Positions 26,412 to 38,400 of a DNA stretch of 64,000 nucleotides are shown here, one piece after another. Below the pieces are notes generated by a model that saw only the letters and a list, made by a program, of their open reading frames with translations, did not search any database and was not told the origin of the DNA. This DNA is from Mobula hypostoma. Its lineage: Eukaryota. The number at the start of each line of letters is the position of its first letter. The first letter of the stretch is position 1. The DNA is taken from NCBI RefSeq assembly GCF_963921235.1, contig NC_086097.1, positions 106,208,001 to 106,272,000 of the forward strand, in the 5' to 3' direction. A program made the position numbers and the translations under genes.

Positions 26412-27640
26412 CTATGGTCACTGGTGAGGAAGTCAAGGATCCAGTTGCAGAGGGAGGTAGAGACGCCCAGGTTTTGGTGCTTGTTGTCAATGATCCAAGG
26501 CAGAGTGAAAAGCCAGTGTGTCTGATCTACAGTGTATCACTGTAGCCCTACCGTGGTGACAGGCAAATTGCAGTGTATCATTTTTCCTGCTTAGACAGGA
26601 GTTGATTCTGGCCACAGCCAACCTCTCAAAGCACTTTGTCACAATAGAAGTGAGTGTCACTGGGTGATGGTCTTCGAGGCAGCTCACTCTGCTCTTCTTG
26701 GACACTGTGATGATTATCGCCCTGGTGGGAGCCTCTGACTGCAGCTGTGAGAGATTGAAGATATTGCTGAACATTCCTGCCAGCTGGTTGGCATGTGTTT
26801 TCAGTGCCCTATGTGGTATACCAGACCGGCTGGTGGTGTAGTGGCATCAGCACTGGATTTCAAGACAGACGGTCCCGAGCTCAAACCCGGCCGGGACCCA
26901 ACCTGGGCAGCAGCAGTATCTGCGCGGAAGAAAGGCCTGGCAATCTACTTCCATATCTTGCCACGAAAACACTGTGGACCCTATGGTCCATGAGGTCACG
27001 AAGAGTCGGACACGACTTAACAACTGAACAACAACAACATGGTATACCAACAGGGCCTGACACATTGCAAGGGTTCACCCTCATGAAAGATGTTCTGACA
27101 TCGGCCTGGGAGACAAAGATTATAGGGTCACCAGATGCAGCAGTAGTTTCATTCTCACTTTCAAAGCGTGCATAAAAGATGTTGAGCTCATTTGGGATTG
27201 AGACATCACAGCCATTCATTTCACCTTGTAGGAGATAATTGTCTGCAAACTCTGCCAGAGCTGATGTACATCCACTTCCATCTCTGACTTCAATCAGAAT
27301 TGCTTTTTTCACTCTTAAAATAGCCTTCCGTAGGTTGTACCAGCTCATCTTGTATAGTTCTGAATCACCGATCTTGAATGTCACAGTCCAGCCCTCATCA
27401 GATTGTAAATCTCCCGGTTCATCCACAGCTTTTGGTTTGGGTACGTCCGGTATGATCTGGAAGGCACTCATCCACACAGATCTTGGTGAAGTCGGTGACA
27501 ACTGTAGCACATTCATTTGGATTTGAAGGTGAATCCCTGAATATTGTCCAGTCCACTGACTCAAAGCAGTCCTGTAAGCACTCCTTTTACCTCCACCCTT
27601 CCCACAACTTTGAGATCCAAGCAGTGCTTCACTTGTACTT
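26412..27640 (-). mobile_element. Rex1/Babar LINE internal fragment, interrupted by a SINE
   Basis: NELNIFYARFE, VSGP.GIP, FSNIFNLS, PVTLTSIVTKCFERL, LQFA. Confidence 0.88.
26824..27039 (+). mobile_element. tRNA-derived SINE with RTE/BovB-like 3' tail
   Basis: 10-bp TSD TGGTATACCA (26814-26823, 27040-27049); A box TGGTGTAGTGG; B-box-like GAGCTCAAACCC; tail GTCCATGAGGTCACGAAGAGTCGGACACGACTTAAC...(CAA)n. Confidence 0.9.
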
Positions 27641-27789
27641 CTTCCAGTACGGTATACTGCATTCAGATTCACAAGTGAAAGACACCAAAGGCAGATTGGA
27701 TATTCACTTCGCATCCTGCCAGCAGTAGTTTGTATCAGTCATTCATCTATGACTATCTCAGCTTGTTTGTTTTTTTTTGCACAAACAAA

Positions 27790-27935
27790 AGAAAATCTGC
27801 AGATCCATGCTGGAAATCCAAGCGACACACACAAATTGCTGGAGGAACTCAGCAGGCCAGGCAGCATCTATGGAGAAGAATACTGTCGGCCTGATGAAGG
27901 GTCTCGGCCCCAAATGTCAACTGTATTCTTTTTCT
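27790..27935. mobile_element. Inverted pair of PLE termini with a mutated hammerhead
   Basis: Minus-oriented terminus followed by plus-strand CTGATGA-AGGGTCTCGGCCC-CAAA-TGTC-AACTG (27891-27923; GAAA changed to CAAA). Confidence 0.75.
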
Positions 27936-27956
27936 CCTCCCCTTTTTTCTCTAGTA

Positions 27957-29537
27957 CAGGTTTCCTCCGCCATCCGAAGGTAGAGTGTTCCTATGAAACG
28001 GTTCATAAGCCGGAATGTTGTAAAGCGAAGAAGCAATTACCATTTATTTATATGGGAAAATTTTGTGAGCATTTGCAGACCCAAAAATAACCTACCAAAT
28101 CATGCCAAATTACACATAAACCTAAAATAACAGTAACATATAGTAAAAGCGGGAATGATATGATAAATACACAGCCTATATAAATTAGAAATACTTCTCT
28201 ACAACGATTGCCTGCACTGTTCTCCGTAGCTAAAATCTCACGCAAGCGCTGTTGGCAGAAACACGCGCAAGCGCTCTCCAGTAACCTTTAAGCTATAAAG
28301 CTGCCAAATCATACCAAATAACACATAAAAATACACAGCCAATATAAAGTAGAAATAATGTATGTACAGTGTAGTATCACTTACGGGAATCTGGAAGACA
28401 GCGCCGAGCACACTGATGATGGTGTGTTACGCTGAGTCGTCGGAGGTTGGGGTGGTGCAGTGGCCCCCACCCTCCGGGCCGCCGACCGATACCAATCCGC
28501 GAAGCATGCAGGGGTACCGTACGGGGTAGCCGGGACGCACCCAGCACATCTTTAAGAAAAAAGCTGAAATAAACAAGCTAATTAATTAGGTGCCACCCGG
28601 CACGTAAATGTCAGCCCAGATCAGAAGCGACGCAATTGGAATCGCCTCTGATCTGGGCCAACAATTACGTGCCGGGTGGCACCTAATTAATTAGCACGTT
28701 TATTTTGGTTTTTTTCTTAAAGACGTGCAGGATGCCTCCCAGCTACCGCTGCTTTCTCCACAAATCGGTATCTGTCTGTGGCCCGGGGGTTGGGACCACT
28801 GGGGTGGTGGGTCACTGGGGTGTCATCTCATCGTCGATCAGGGCAGGCAGGTCATCTTCTTCTATGTCTACCTGCCTCGATGTCGAAGGTCGAGGTTTGT
28901 CATCAGCTGTGGCTGATGTGGAAGGCTTGACTGCTAGCCTCGCACATTTTCTATCATACAGTTCTTTGTAAACCATCCTGTAAATATGCCCTAAACCGAC
29001 GTACCCTTTCAAAATTAAAGTCGTACTTTATCATTGCAGTGAAAATCTCATGCAGTTGCTTCACGTTCTGTTCCTGGACGACTTCACTTTCGCTACTGCA
29101 TTCTGTTTCGATTGTTATCCTTTCCTCTTCCAATTGCATCAGCTCTTCATCTGTCAGTTCTTGGTCATGGATGCCAAAACCTCTTCAACATCATCTTCGT
29201 CAAGTTCCACAAGCCAAACTCACTTTGTCCTTACTTCGTTCAGCATGATCGAAACACTTAATTATGTCTAGTTTTACGCTAAGTGTAACACCCTTACGAG
29301 CTCTTTTAGGCTTTTCCAATACCTTAGAACTCATCTTGCAAACGGCTGCTCACAGGCATGTGCTTAAGCAATGCCGGCGGGTATGCCGTTCCTGGGGAGA
29401 GCGGCTGCTCTCTTTTATTGCGCGCTGCTTTTTTTGTAACAGTGAAAACACCTTCTGTTAGCGAAAACAGGGAACTAATGTGGGTCTTTCACAGTGAGGT
29501 TTCATAAAGCGAACATTCGAAAAGCGGGGGACACCTG
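27957..29537 (-). mobile_element. Tigger-family DNA transposon, internally deleted (MER82-like ends)
   Basis: TA TSD (27955-27956, 29538-29539); imperfect TIRs CAGGTTTCCTCCGCCATCCGAAGGT / CAGGTGTCCCCCGCTTTTCGAATGT; transposase N-terminus MSSKVLEKPKRARKGVTLSVKLDII joined to the acidic C-terminus ELTDEELMQLEEER...YKELYDRK; DDE core missing. Confidence 0.9.
28525..28747. repeat. Long inverted repeat (~105-bp arms, 11-nt loop) inside the Tigger element
   Basis: Perfect 31-bp arm segment GCTAATTAATTAGGTGCCACCCGGCACGTAA (28577-28607) pairs with 28665-28695; loop at 28631-28641. Confidence 0.95.
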
Positions 29538-29769
29538 TAGTGGAGGACTTGCCTAGCCTGATCTGTTGATATTCTTCCTACATTCTTTTACTTTCTACAA
29601 CCTCCAACAGTTGCCATCCATTGACCAGATAACATTGTTTATATCTTATCCCTCTTTCACCCCTATTTTACTCTATCAGTGATACCTTCCCTGCTCTGCC
29701 CCTCCCAACCCCCTGCACCAGTTCTTCTCTTTCCTTTCTAGTTCTGTGCAAAAAGACTTGGACCTTTGG

Positions 29770-30430
29770 CATTGCGGGTAGATTAGGGTTGTAAATGAAG
29801 CTTTTGGCACATTGGCCTTCATAAAATAAATTATTGTGCAGGAGATTGGATATTATGTTGAAGTTGTATAAGACATTGGTGAGGCCCAATTTGGAGTTTG
29901 TGTGCAGTTTTGGTCACTACTGCAAGAAAGATGTAAATAAGGTTGAAAGAGTTCAAAGAAAATTTACAAGAACATTGCCGGGTCTGGAGGACCCGAGTTA
30001 TAAGGAAAGACTGAATAGGTTAAGACTTTATTCCTTAGAATGTAGAAGATTGAGAGGAGATTTGATAAAGATATACACAATTATGAGGGGTATAGATAGG
30101 GTAAATACAAGCAGGCTTTTCCACTGAGGTTAGGTGGGACTACAACCAGAGGTCATGGGTTAAGGGTAAAATGTGAAAAGTTTAAGGTTAACAAGAGGGG
30201 AAACTTATTCACTCAAAAGGTCATGAGAGAGTGGAACCAGCTGGCAGCACAAGTGGTGCATGCAAGCTCAAGTTCATCATTTTAGAGAAGTTTGGATAGA
30301 TACATGGATGTAAGGGGTATAGAAGGCTATAGTTCCAGTGCAGGTCAATGGGAGTAGGCAGCTGAAATGGTTTGGCATGGACTACATGGGGCAAATGGCC
30401 TCTGTGCTGTACTTTCCTACGACTCTGTAA
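29770..30430 (+). mobile_element. CR1 3' fragment
   Basis: MLKLYKTLVRPNLE...ERVQRKFTRTLPGL...RRLRGDLIKIY. Confidence 0.9.
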
Positions 30431-33079
30431 AATGTTAATTCTATTTCTCTTCCCATGGATGTGGCCTGGCCTGCTGAGTACTTCCAGCATTTTCTGTTTT
30501 TATTTTTCAGTAGGAAACTGGCATGGGCTCATTGGAGTGACACCCTTCTCTGCCAGAATGAGTCTTGAATTCTATGAACTGTGATACATCAGATTGTGAA
30601 ATACAGCAACAGCACTTTTGGAATTACATACTTTTGGAATTACATACCAGTAAATGATTTCTTAAGAGACTGAATTTTTATTGCCCCGGAATAGTTCAAA
30701 TATCATTTAGCACTGATTTTTATTTTATAAACAGTTAAGTTTTCAAAAGCATTGTGTTAGCAATACATTCTGGAGAAAGAGGGATTTATAATTTCATTCA
30801 ATATTCTTGCAGTCATATTAGTATACAATATTTGCTAAACTGAATTGAGATTTTGGAGAATGGTCATTATATTAATAAAAAAGAAACGATGGTCAGGTAT
30901 ACCATTGACAAAAATATTAACAAATATCCATTTGAAATCATAGATTCCAAAAAGCATATGTAAGTATCTAATCCAATTTAAACAGCAGTGAAAATCTTGG
31001 CAGACCACTTTCTAACAATTGCCTTCAAGGGCAGCCTGGTTTATCCCAGTCCATTTGTACAGCAACTACATAAACAGTCTTCAGCCAAACACAAAATGGC
31101 TCGTCAACATGACGTGACTGAGCAGACAGCTACCAAATGGCACAGCTGCACACTTATTCGTATTCAACAACATCTGTTCCATAATTTACTTTCACATAGA
31201 CATATATCTTCTTTCTCTTTTTATACATACGTGATCACCTGAATTCACACTTCCTACACTACATTCACACACTAACATTTTCCTGTACACAGTCTGGTAT
31301 TGACGATGCTTCCAATGTTTCACACTTGCTGTTACCTGCCTTCAGCCAAGCCATTATTCTTGCATGAGCTCTCAGATTTGTCCATTTTTAGCTGTGGTCC
31401 ACCATAAGTCCCCTCCTGTCCACCATAACCCAGTTTAAATAAGGCATAAAATTCAACGCCTGCACTAAGATTGTGGTAACTCACTGCTTAACTCTCATCA
31501 AATCTATAATTTGTATTATTCAGCTTCATGGGCTCCCTGGAGGCTATTTTCGAGAAATCATGAACAGTTGGTCTTCTGACCAGAGGCTGATTTATTGACC
31601 AATTTTTGTTTTTGTATATACTTGATTTAAAGAACTTTAAAAGCCAGATAACGGCCAAAATAATGTTATTGTTTGCAATTTATGAGGGGAAGGGGCTAGG
31701 ATAGTAATCTGTAATTTCATGTGGGTTTGTTTCAGTGGTTTATACATTTCACTTTGCTCTATTACAATAAAACCAAAATTAACATATATTTAAAAAAAAA
31801 GAGCAACAAATTCAGATCTCAAAATTCCAGACTTTTTAACCTTCACTTCAAAATAGAGGAACAGAAAAAGATTCCAAGATCACAATATGCATTTAATAAA
31901 CTTGGTACAATATTACAGATATGCGGTGAACTGAAATGTAGATCTATAAAAGATTAGTCTTTTGAATGACAACTATATTTCCCATCAAAAGGCTGATATT
32001 ATGTATATTATTTTGCTTCAAAATTAAATTCAATAAAAGCCTGGAGCAGGAAAAATCCAGTCACTGCACAACTCAAATGTAAAATGTGAGCGATATCATT
32101 AAAAAGCAAGCTATTTAACTGAAATGGAACATCTTGTTTCTCAAACATGCAATTGTTCTTTTCACACCAATTGTTTAGGAAAAATACAAAAATAAGCTTA
32201 ACTATGAATATTTGACCATAAATTGTCTTATTTACTTTGCTGCCAATCCTTATTTAAGTTGTATCATTTGCCACAATAATGCATAATTGATTTTTTTGTC
32301 ATATTTTATTAAATTGCAGAGCAAAGCTGAACAATGCTGTCCTTTCTGCTGTCATTTCATTTCTTCATAAGGTCTAATTTGTCCTAGGTATCACAGTATG
32401 CCCATCTGGCACTGGCATCTGTCTCTCCATTGATCATAAGGGCTTAGTTAGTTGATCAACCAGATCAGTACAGGAAATTGCCCTTTGTGAGCAAGTAAAC
32501 AAATTGTTTTGAAAAGGAACAAGGAAAGCAATTGTATTCTGGTGTTCTCATAAAGGATTAAAATTGCAAATATTGTACTGAAGCAGATTTTGTAAACTTT
32601 TTCTTTAAATTATCATTTAAGTGAGATAACTTAGCTCGCCAAATTACTACATCAATGATTTTAGGCCATTTAAGATCAAGCCCAATAATTTTTTAAAATT
32701 CCATTCACTTTAAAGAATGCATCCATTTTTGGTTCAAGACTTTCATTTCCTCTTCTACTTGCTGTCCCCATTAGTGGAAGTGCATATAGTAGAACACAGC
32801 CACAAAAGTGCCAGCAATTTCTTGTACCTTCCTCAAATGCTGCTATGCGATGAACTCGTTTGACAGGTTGAATGACATTTTCTTGACTTGCACTTTTTGT
32901 TATTCATACACAATGCAGAAGATAGGACACATTTGTGCTGCAGTCTACCATTGACTCACAAGGCTACATAGGAATATTTGTTTCCTTTGTTGGTAAAAAT
33001 ACTCGTATAATTATAAAGTGAAACAATGCATATGATATTGCTGGCTGTAAAAAGGCCAGCAATATGAACGATCACAACT

Positions 33080-33486
33080 AATCTGCTCATGGACTGTTTG
33101 TCCCAGTCCCATCAGGAAAAGGCTATGTAGCACCCACTTCAGGACCACCAGACTCAAAAAAACAATTACTTTCCCAAGCAGTAAGGCTGATCAACACCTC
33201 TATCCACTAACCCACCCTTCCACAACCCCTACCACCACTACTTTATCATTTTCTGTCAGAGTCACCTTATGTACAGACACTCCTGTGCCTAGAGTCACTT
33301 TATGGACACACAATCAATCTGTGTATGCAAGTTATCTGATGTATTTATATTTTCTTTGTTTTTATTATTGTATTCTTTATCTCGGTGTGTTTTTTATATG
33401 CTGCATCAGATCTGAAGTAACAATTATTTTATTCTCCTTTACATTTATGTACTGGAAATGACATTAATCAATCTTGAATCTTGAAT
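33080..33486 (+). mobile_element. Rex1-type LINE 3' end
   Basis: ccatcaggaaaaggcta...caggaccaccagactcaaaa; T-rich 3' UTR; (CTTGAAT)n tail. Confidence 0.65.
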
Positions 33487-33732
33487 ATATACTTGCACTG
33501 AGTTTTTCATCTAAATCTGTGAACATTTTAAAATAACAGCTCTAGAGTTATCAGACCAAAAGAGGGAATTATATCAAATGATTTAAGCTATTTATCTAAT
33601 TAATTATATTACGTGTCAACTTCATGGTTTATTTTGTATTTGGTCTTAAAATGTTAGCAACTTGAATGTTTTGTTCCGGTTGACTTTCTGCTTAAGTGTA
33701 AACGGGGCCATAGCATTAATGAAAGATATATA

Positions 33733-35777
33733 CACTGCCTATAAAAAGTATTTACCCACTCCCTTGGAAGTTCTCATGTTTTACAACATTGAATCACAGT
33801 GGATTTAATTTGGCTTTTTTGACACTGATCAACAGAAAAGATTCTTTTGTGTCAAGTGAAAAGAAATTTCTACAAATTGGTCTAAAGCCATTACAATTAT
33901 TAAACACAAAATAATTGACTGCATAATTACTCACCACCTTCAAGTCAGTATGTAGTAGATGCATCTCTATCAGCTTTGTACATCTGGACACTGCAATTTT
34001 TCACCCGTTTCTTTACAAAACTGCAGAAGCTCTGCCAGATTGAATGGGGATTGTGAATGAACAGCTCTTTTCAGGTTCAGCCACAAATTCTCAATTGAGG
34101 TCTGGACTTTGACTTGGCCATTCCAGGACATTAACTTTGTTGTTTTTAAGCCATTCCTGTGTAGCTTTGGCTTTATGTTTGGGGTCATTGTCTTGCTGGA
34201 AAACAAATCTTCCCTCCAGGATTTCCCTGTATTTTGCTGCATTCATTTTGCACTCTACCCTCACACGCCTTCCAGGGCCTGCTGCAATGAGGAATCCCCA
34301 CAGCATGATGCAGCCACCACCAAGCTTCATGCTAGGGATGGCGTGTTTTTGATGATATGTGGTGTTTGGCTTACGCCAAACATAGCATTAAGTTTAATGG
34401 CCAAAGAGCTCAATTTCGGTTTCATCGGACTTCTTCCAGCTGAATTCAGAACTTCTTACATGCCTTCTGGCAAACTCTAGCAAAGATTTCATGTGAGATT
34501 TTTTCAACAGTGGCTTTCTCTTTGCCACTATCCCATAAAGCTGTGACTGATGAAACACTTGGGCAGCAGTTGTTGTACGCACAGTCTCCTATCTCAGCCA
34601 CTTAAGCCTGTAACTCCTCCAGAGTTGTCATAGGTCTCCCTGACTTGTCCCCTTCTTGCACAGTCACTCAGCTTTTGAGGACAGCCTGCTCTAGGCAGAT
34701 TTACAGCTGTACCGTATTCTTTTCATTTCTTGATTGACTTAACTGTACTCTAAGTGACTTGGAAATCTTGGTATCTCTCTCCTGACTTATGCTTTTCAAT
34801 AACCTTTTCAGAGTTGCTTGGAGTGTTCTTTTGCCTCCATGGTGTAGTTTTTACCAGGATACTGACTCACCTGAAATTGGATCACCTTCTAACCTTTAAT
34901 GGCAGTTGGCAGTCCAACTTAAAAGTGCATTACTGCCACCAGCTGGACTGGAGTGTGGTGTAGAAAATTGGGAAGTAAAATCTCCTACTAGTTCTTTATC
35001 AAATGAAAACTAAATTACCCCAAAAAGACCTATAAATTTTAAATAATGTAAGACAATATTGTGAATTAAATAAAAGTCACTTTCATAACTTAATGTTTTT
35101 AAATGAAAGCTATCAACCCCCAAAAATAGTAGTGCAGCCTGCAATTGCTTTCTTTCAACCTTATATGTTTCAGATTGTAAAAGAATGTGTTGAACTGCTT
35201 AATAATGATAACAAAACCTACACAACCCAGAGTGATGTTTCCAACAAGATGGAAGGAATAATTAAGCATAGTACGTCTAATTCTAAGTCGAGACAATATA
35301 ATTCTTTCCCTTCTTGTTTTATCCCCTTCTCCCATCAATTCAACAGTTTTATGTATTCTGTTCATGTATCTCCCCTTAAACCCATTATTCTACAAGTCTT
35401 ACCAGAAATATTAATTCTTAAAAGTTGGACCTTCCAGATACAGGGGTATTTTTTAATACAATCAATTGAAACACCTTGACTGTACACAGGTGATCTCCAT
35501 TTCACTAATTATGTGACTTCTGAAACCAAATGGGTGCACCAGTGATGACTTGGTTTGTCATATTAAAGGGGGCGCATTCTTATGCAATTAATTATTTTGT
35601 GTTTTATATTTGTAATTAATTGAGATCACTTTGTAGAGATCTGTTTTCACTTTGACATGAAAGAGTATTCTGTTGATCAGTGTCACTAAAGCTAAATTAA
35701 ATCCATTGTGATACAATGTTATAAAACAATAAAACAGGAGAACTTCTGAGTGGGGTGAATACTTTTTAGAGGCACGG
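33733..35777 (-). mobile_element. Tc1-family DNA transposon with ~200-bp TIRs, degenerate
   Basis: TA TSD; TIRs at ~33733-33930 and ~35580-35777; transposase motifs [42 protein letters not shown]. Confidence 0.95.
34882..35421 (-). mobile_element. I/Nimb-clade LINE 3' fragment nested in Tc1
   Basis: RRERIILSRLRI followed by a frameshifted Cys/His finger; 3' end CCACACTCCAGTCCAGCTGGTGGCAGTAATGCAC; imperfect TSD AAATTGGA/AAGTTGGA. Confidence 0.7.
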
Positions 35778-35826
35778 TAATGATTCACCACTTAGAAAGC
35801 TATAGCAACGATGCATAGCACTTCTG

Positions 35827-38094
35827 TCAATAGACAATAGACAATAGGTGCAGGAGTAGGCCATTCGGCCCTTCGAGCCAGCACCACCATTCACTGTGAT
35901 CATGGCTGATCATCCACCATCAGTATCCAGTTCCTGCCTTATCCCCATAACCTTTGATTCCACTATCTTTAAGAGCTCCATCCATCTCTTTTTTGAAAGC
36001 ATCCAGAGACTTGGCCTCCACAGCCTTCTGGGGCAGAGCATTCCATATATCTACGACTCTCTGGGTGAAAAAGTTTTTCCTCAACTCCGTTCTAAATGGC
36101 CTACCCCTTATTCTTAAACTGTGGCCTCTGATTCTGGACTCACCCATCAGCGGGAACATGCTTCCTGCCTGCAGCGTGTCCAATCCCTTAATAATCTTAT
36201 ATGTTTCAATAAGATCCCCTCTCAGCCCTCTAAATTCAAGAGTATACAAGCCCAGTTGCTCCAATCTTTCGATATATGACAGTCCCGCCATCCCGGGAAT
36301 TAACCTTCTGAACCTACGCTGCACTCCCTCAATAGCAAGAATGTCCTTGCTCAAATTTGGAGACCAAAACTGCACACAGTACTCCAGGTGTGGTCTCACC
36401 AGGGCCCTGTACAGCTGTAGAAGGACCTCTTTGCTCTTATACTCAATTCCCCTTGTTATGAAGGCCAGCATGCCATTAGCTTTTTTCACTGCCTGCTGTA
36501 CTTGCATGCTTGCTTTCAGTGACTGATGTACAAGAACACCTAGATCTCGTTGTGCTTCCCCTTTTCCTAACTTGACTCCATTTAGATAATAATCTGCCTT
36601 CCCGTTCTTACCACCAAAGTGTATAACCTCACATTTATCCACATTAAACTGCATCTGCCTCGCATCTGCATTCTCATAACATCCTCCTCACATTTCACAC
36701 TGCCTCCCAGCTTTGTGTCATCGGCAAATTTGCTAATGTTACTTTTAATTCCCTCATCTAAATCATTAATATATATTGTAAACAGCTGCGGTCCCAGCAC
36801 TGAACCCTGCGGTACCCCACTGGTCGCCGCCTGCCGTTCCAAAAGGGAGCCATTAATCGCTACTCTTTGTTTTCTGTCAGCCAGCCAATTTTCAGTCTAT
36901 GTCAGTACTCTGCCCCCAATACCATGTGCCCTAATTTTGCCCACTAATCTCCTATGTGGGACTTTATCAAAGGCCTCCTGAAAGTCCAGGTACACTGGCT
37001 CTCCCTTGTCCATTTTCATAGTTACATCCTCAAAAAATTCCAGAAGATTAGTCAAGCACGATTTCCCCTTCGTAAATCTATGCTGACTCAGACCAATCCT
37101 GTTACTACTATCCAGATGTGTCGTAATTTCATCTTTTATAATTGACTCCAGCATCTTTCCCACCACCGACGTCAGGCTAACCAGTCTATAATTCCCTGTT
37201 TTCTCTCTTTCTCCCTTCTTGAAGAGAGGGACAACATTAGCCACCCTCCAATCCACAGGAACTGATCCTGAATCTATAGAGCAGTGGAAAATGATTACCA
37301 ATGCGTCCACGATTTCTAAAGACACCTCCTTAAGTACCCTGGGATGCAGACCATCAGGTCCTGGGGACTTATCAGCCTTCAGACCCAACAGCCTATCCAA
37401 CACCATTTCCTGCCTAATATAAATTTCCTTCAATTCATCCATTACCCTAGGTCTTTTGGCCACTATTACATCTGGGAGATTGTTTGTGTCTTCCCTAGTG
37501 AGGACAGATACAAAGTACCTGTTCAACCCGTCTGCCATTTCCTTGTTCCCCATAATAAATTCACCCGCTTCTGTCTTCAAGGGCCCAATTTTGGTCTTAA
37601 CTATTTTTTTCCTTTTCACATACCTAAAGAAGCTTTTATTATCCTCCTTTATATTCTTGGCTAGTTTACCTTCGTACCTCATTTTTTCTCCGCGTATTGC
37701 CTTTTAAGTTACCTTCTGTTGCTCTTTAAAAGTTTCCCAATCCTCCGGCTTCCCACTCGTCTTTGCTATGTTATACTTCTTCTCTTTTATTTTTATACTG
37801 TCCATTACTTCCCTTGTCAGCCACGGCCTCCCCTTACTCCCCTTAGGATCTTTCTTCCTCTTTGGAACGAACTGATCCTGCACCTTCCGCATTATTCCCA
37901 GAAACACTTGCCATTGCTGTTCCACTGTCATCCCTGCTAGAGTACTGTTCCATTGAACTTTGGTCAGCTCCTCCCTCATAGCACCATAGTTCCCTTTGTT
38001 CAACTGTAATACTGACACTTCCGAGTTTCCCTTCTCCCTCTCAAATTGTAGATTAAAACTTATCATATTATGGTCACTACCTCCTAATGGCTCC
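35827..38094 (-). mobile_element. CR1 LINE, 5'-truncated, relatively young
   Basis: [57 protein letters not shown]; (TCTATTG)n tail. Confidence 0.96.
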
Positions 38095-38204
38095 TGTATC
38101 TCACAGGTATCTATTTGAATTTCTAATTGTTCTTAGAATGTGCATGTAATGATGGTTGTCTTTCCTGAAGAACACAGGTTAAACATTTGATGAAGGTCAA
38201 AACA

Positions 38205-38400
38205 AACTGCAGATGTTGGAAATTTGAAACAAGAACAGAAGGTGCTGAAAACACTAAACAGGTCAGGCAGCATTTGTGGAAAGAAAAACAGATTTAACAT
38301 TTCAGGTCAAATACTCTTTCTCTGAACTGGCTTCCAACAAAGGATCTTTGACCTGAAAGGTGAACTTTCGTGTTTCTTGCCTGACCTGCTAAGTTTTCTG
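38205..38400. mobile_element. Inverted pair of degenerate PLE termini
   Basis: caggtcaggcagcatt ... tttcaggtcaaa versus tttgacctgaaa ... gcctgacctgct. Confidence 0.6.

Noticed and set aside
26824..26900. Possible tRNA gene
   Set aside because: It is a SINE head: it continues into a LINE-like tail, is bounded by a TSD, and forms no convincing cloverleaf.
26881..27714. 277-aa ORF
   Set aside because: Chimera of frameshifted Rex1 sequence and the antisense SINE.
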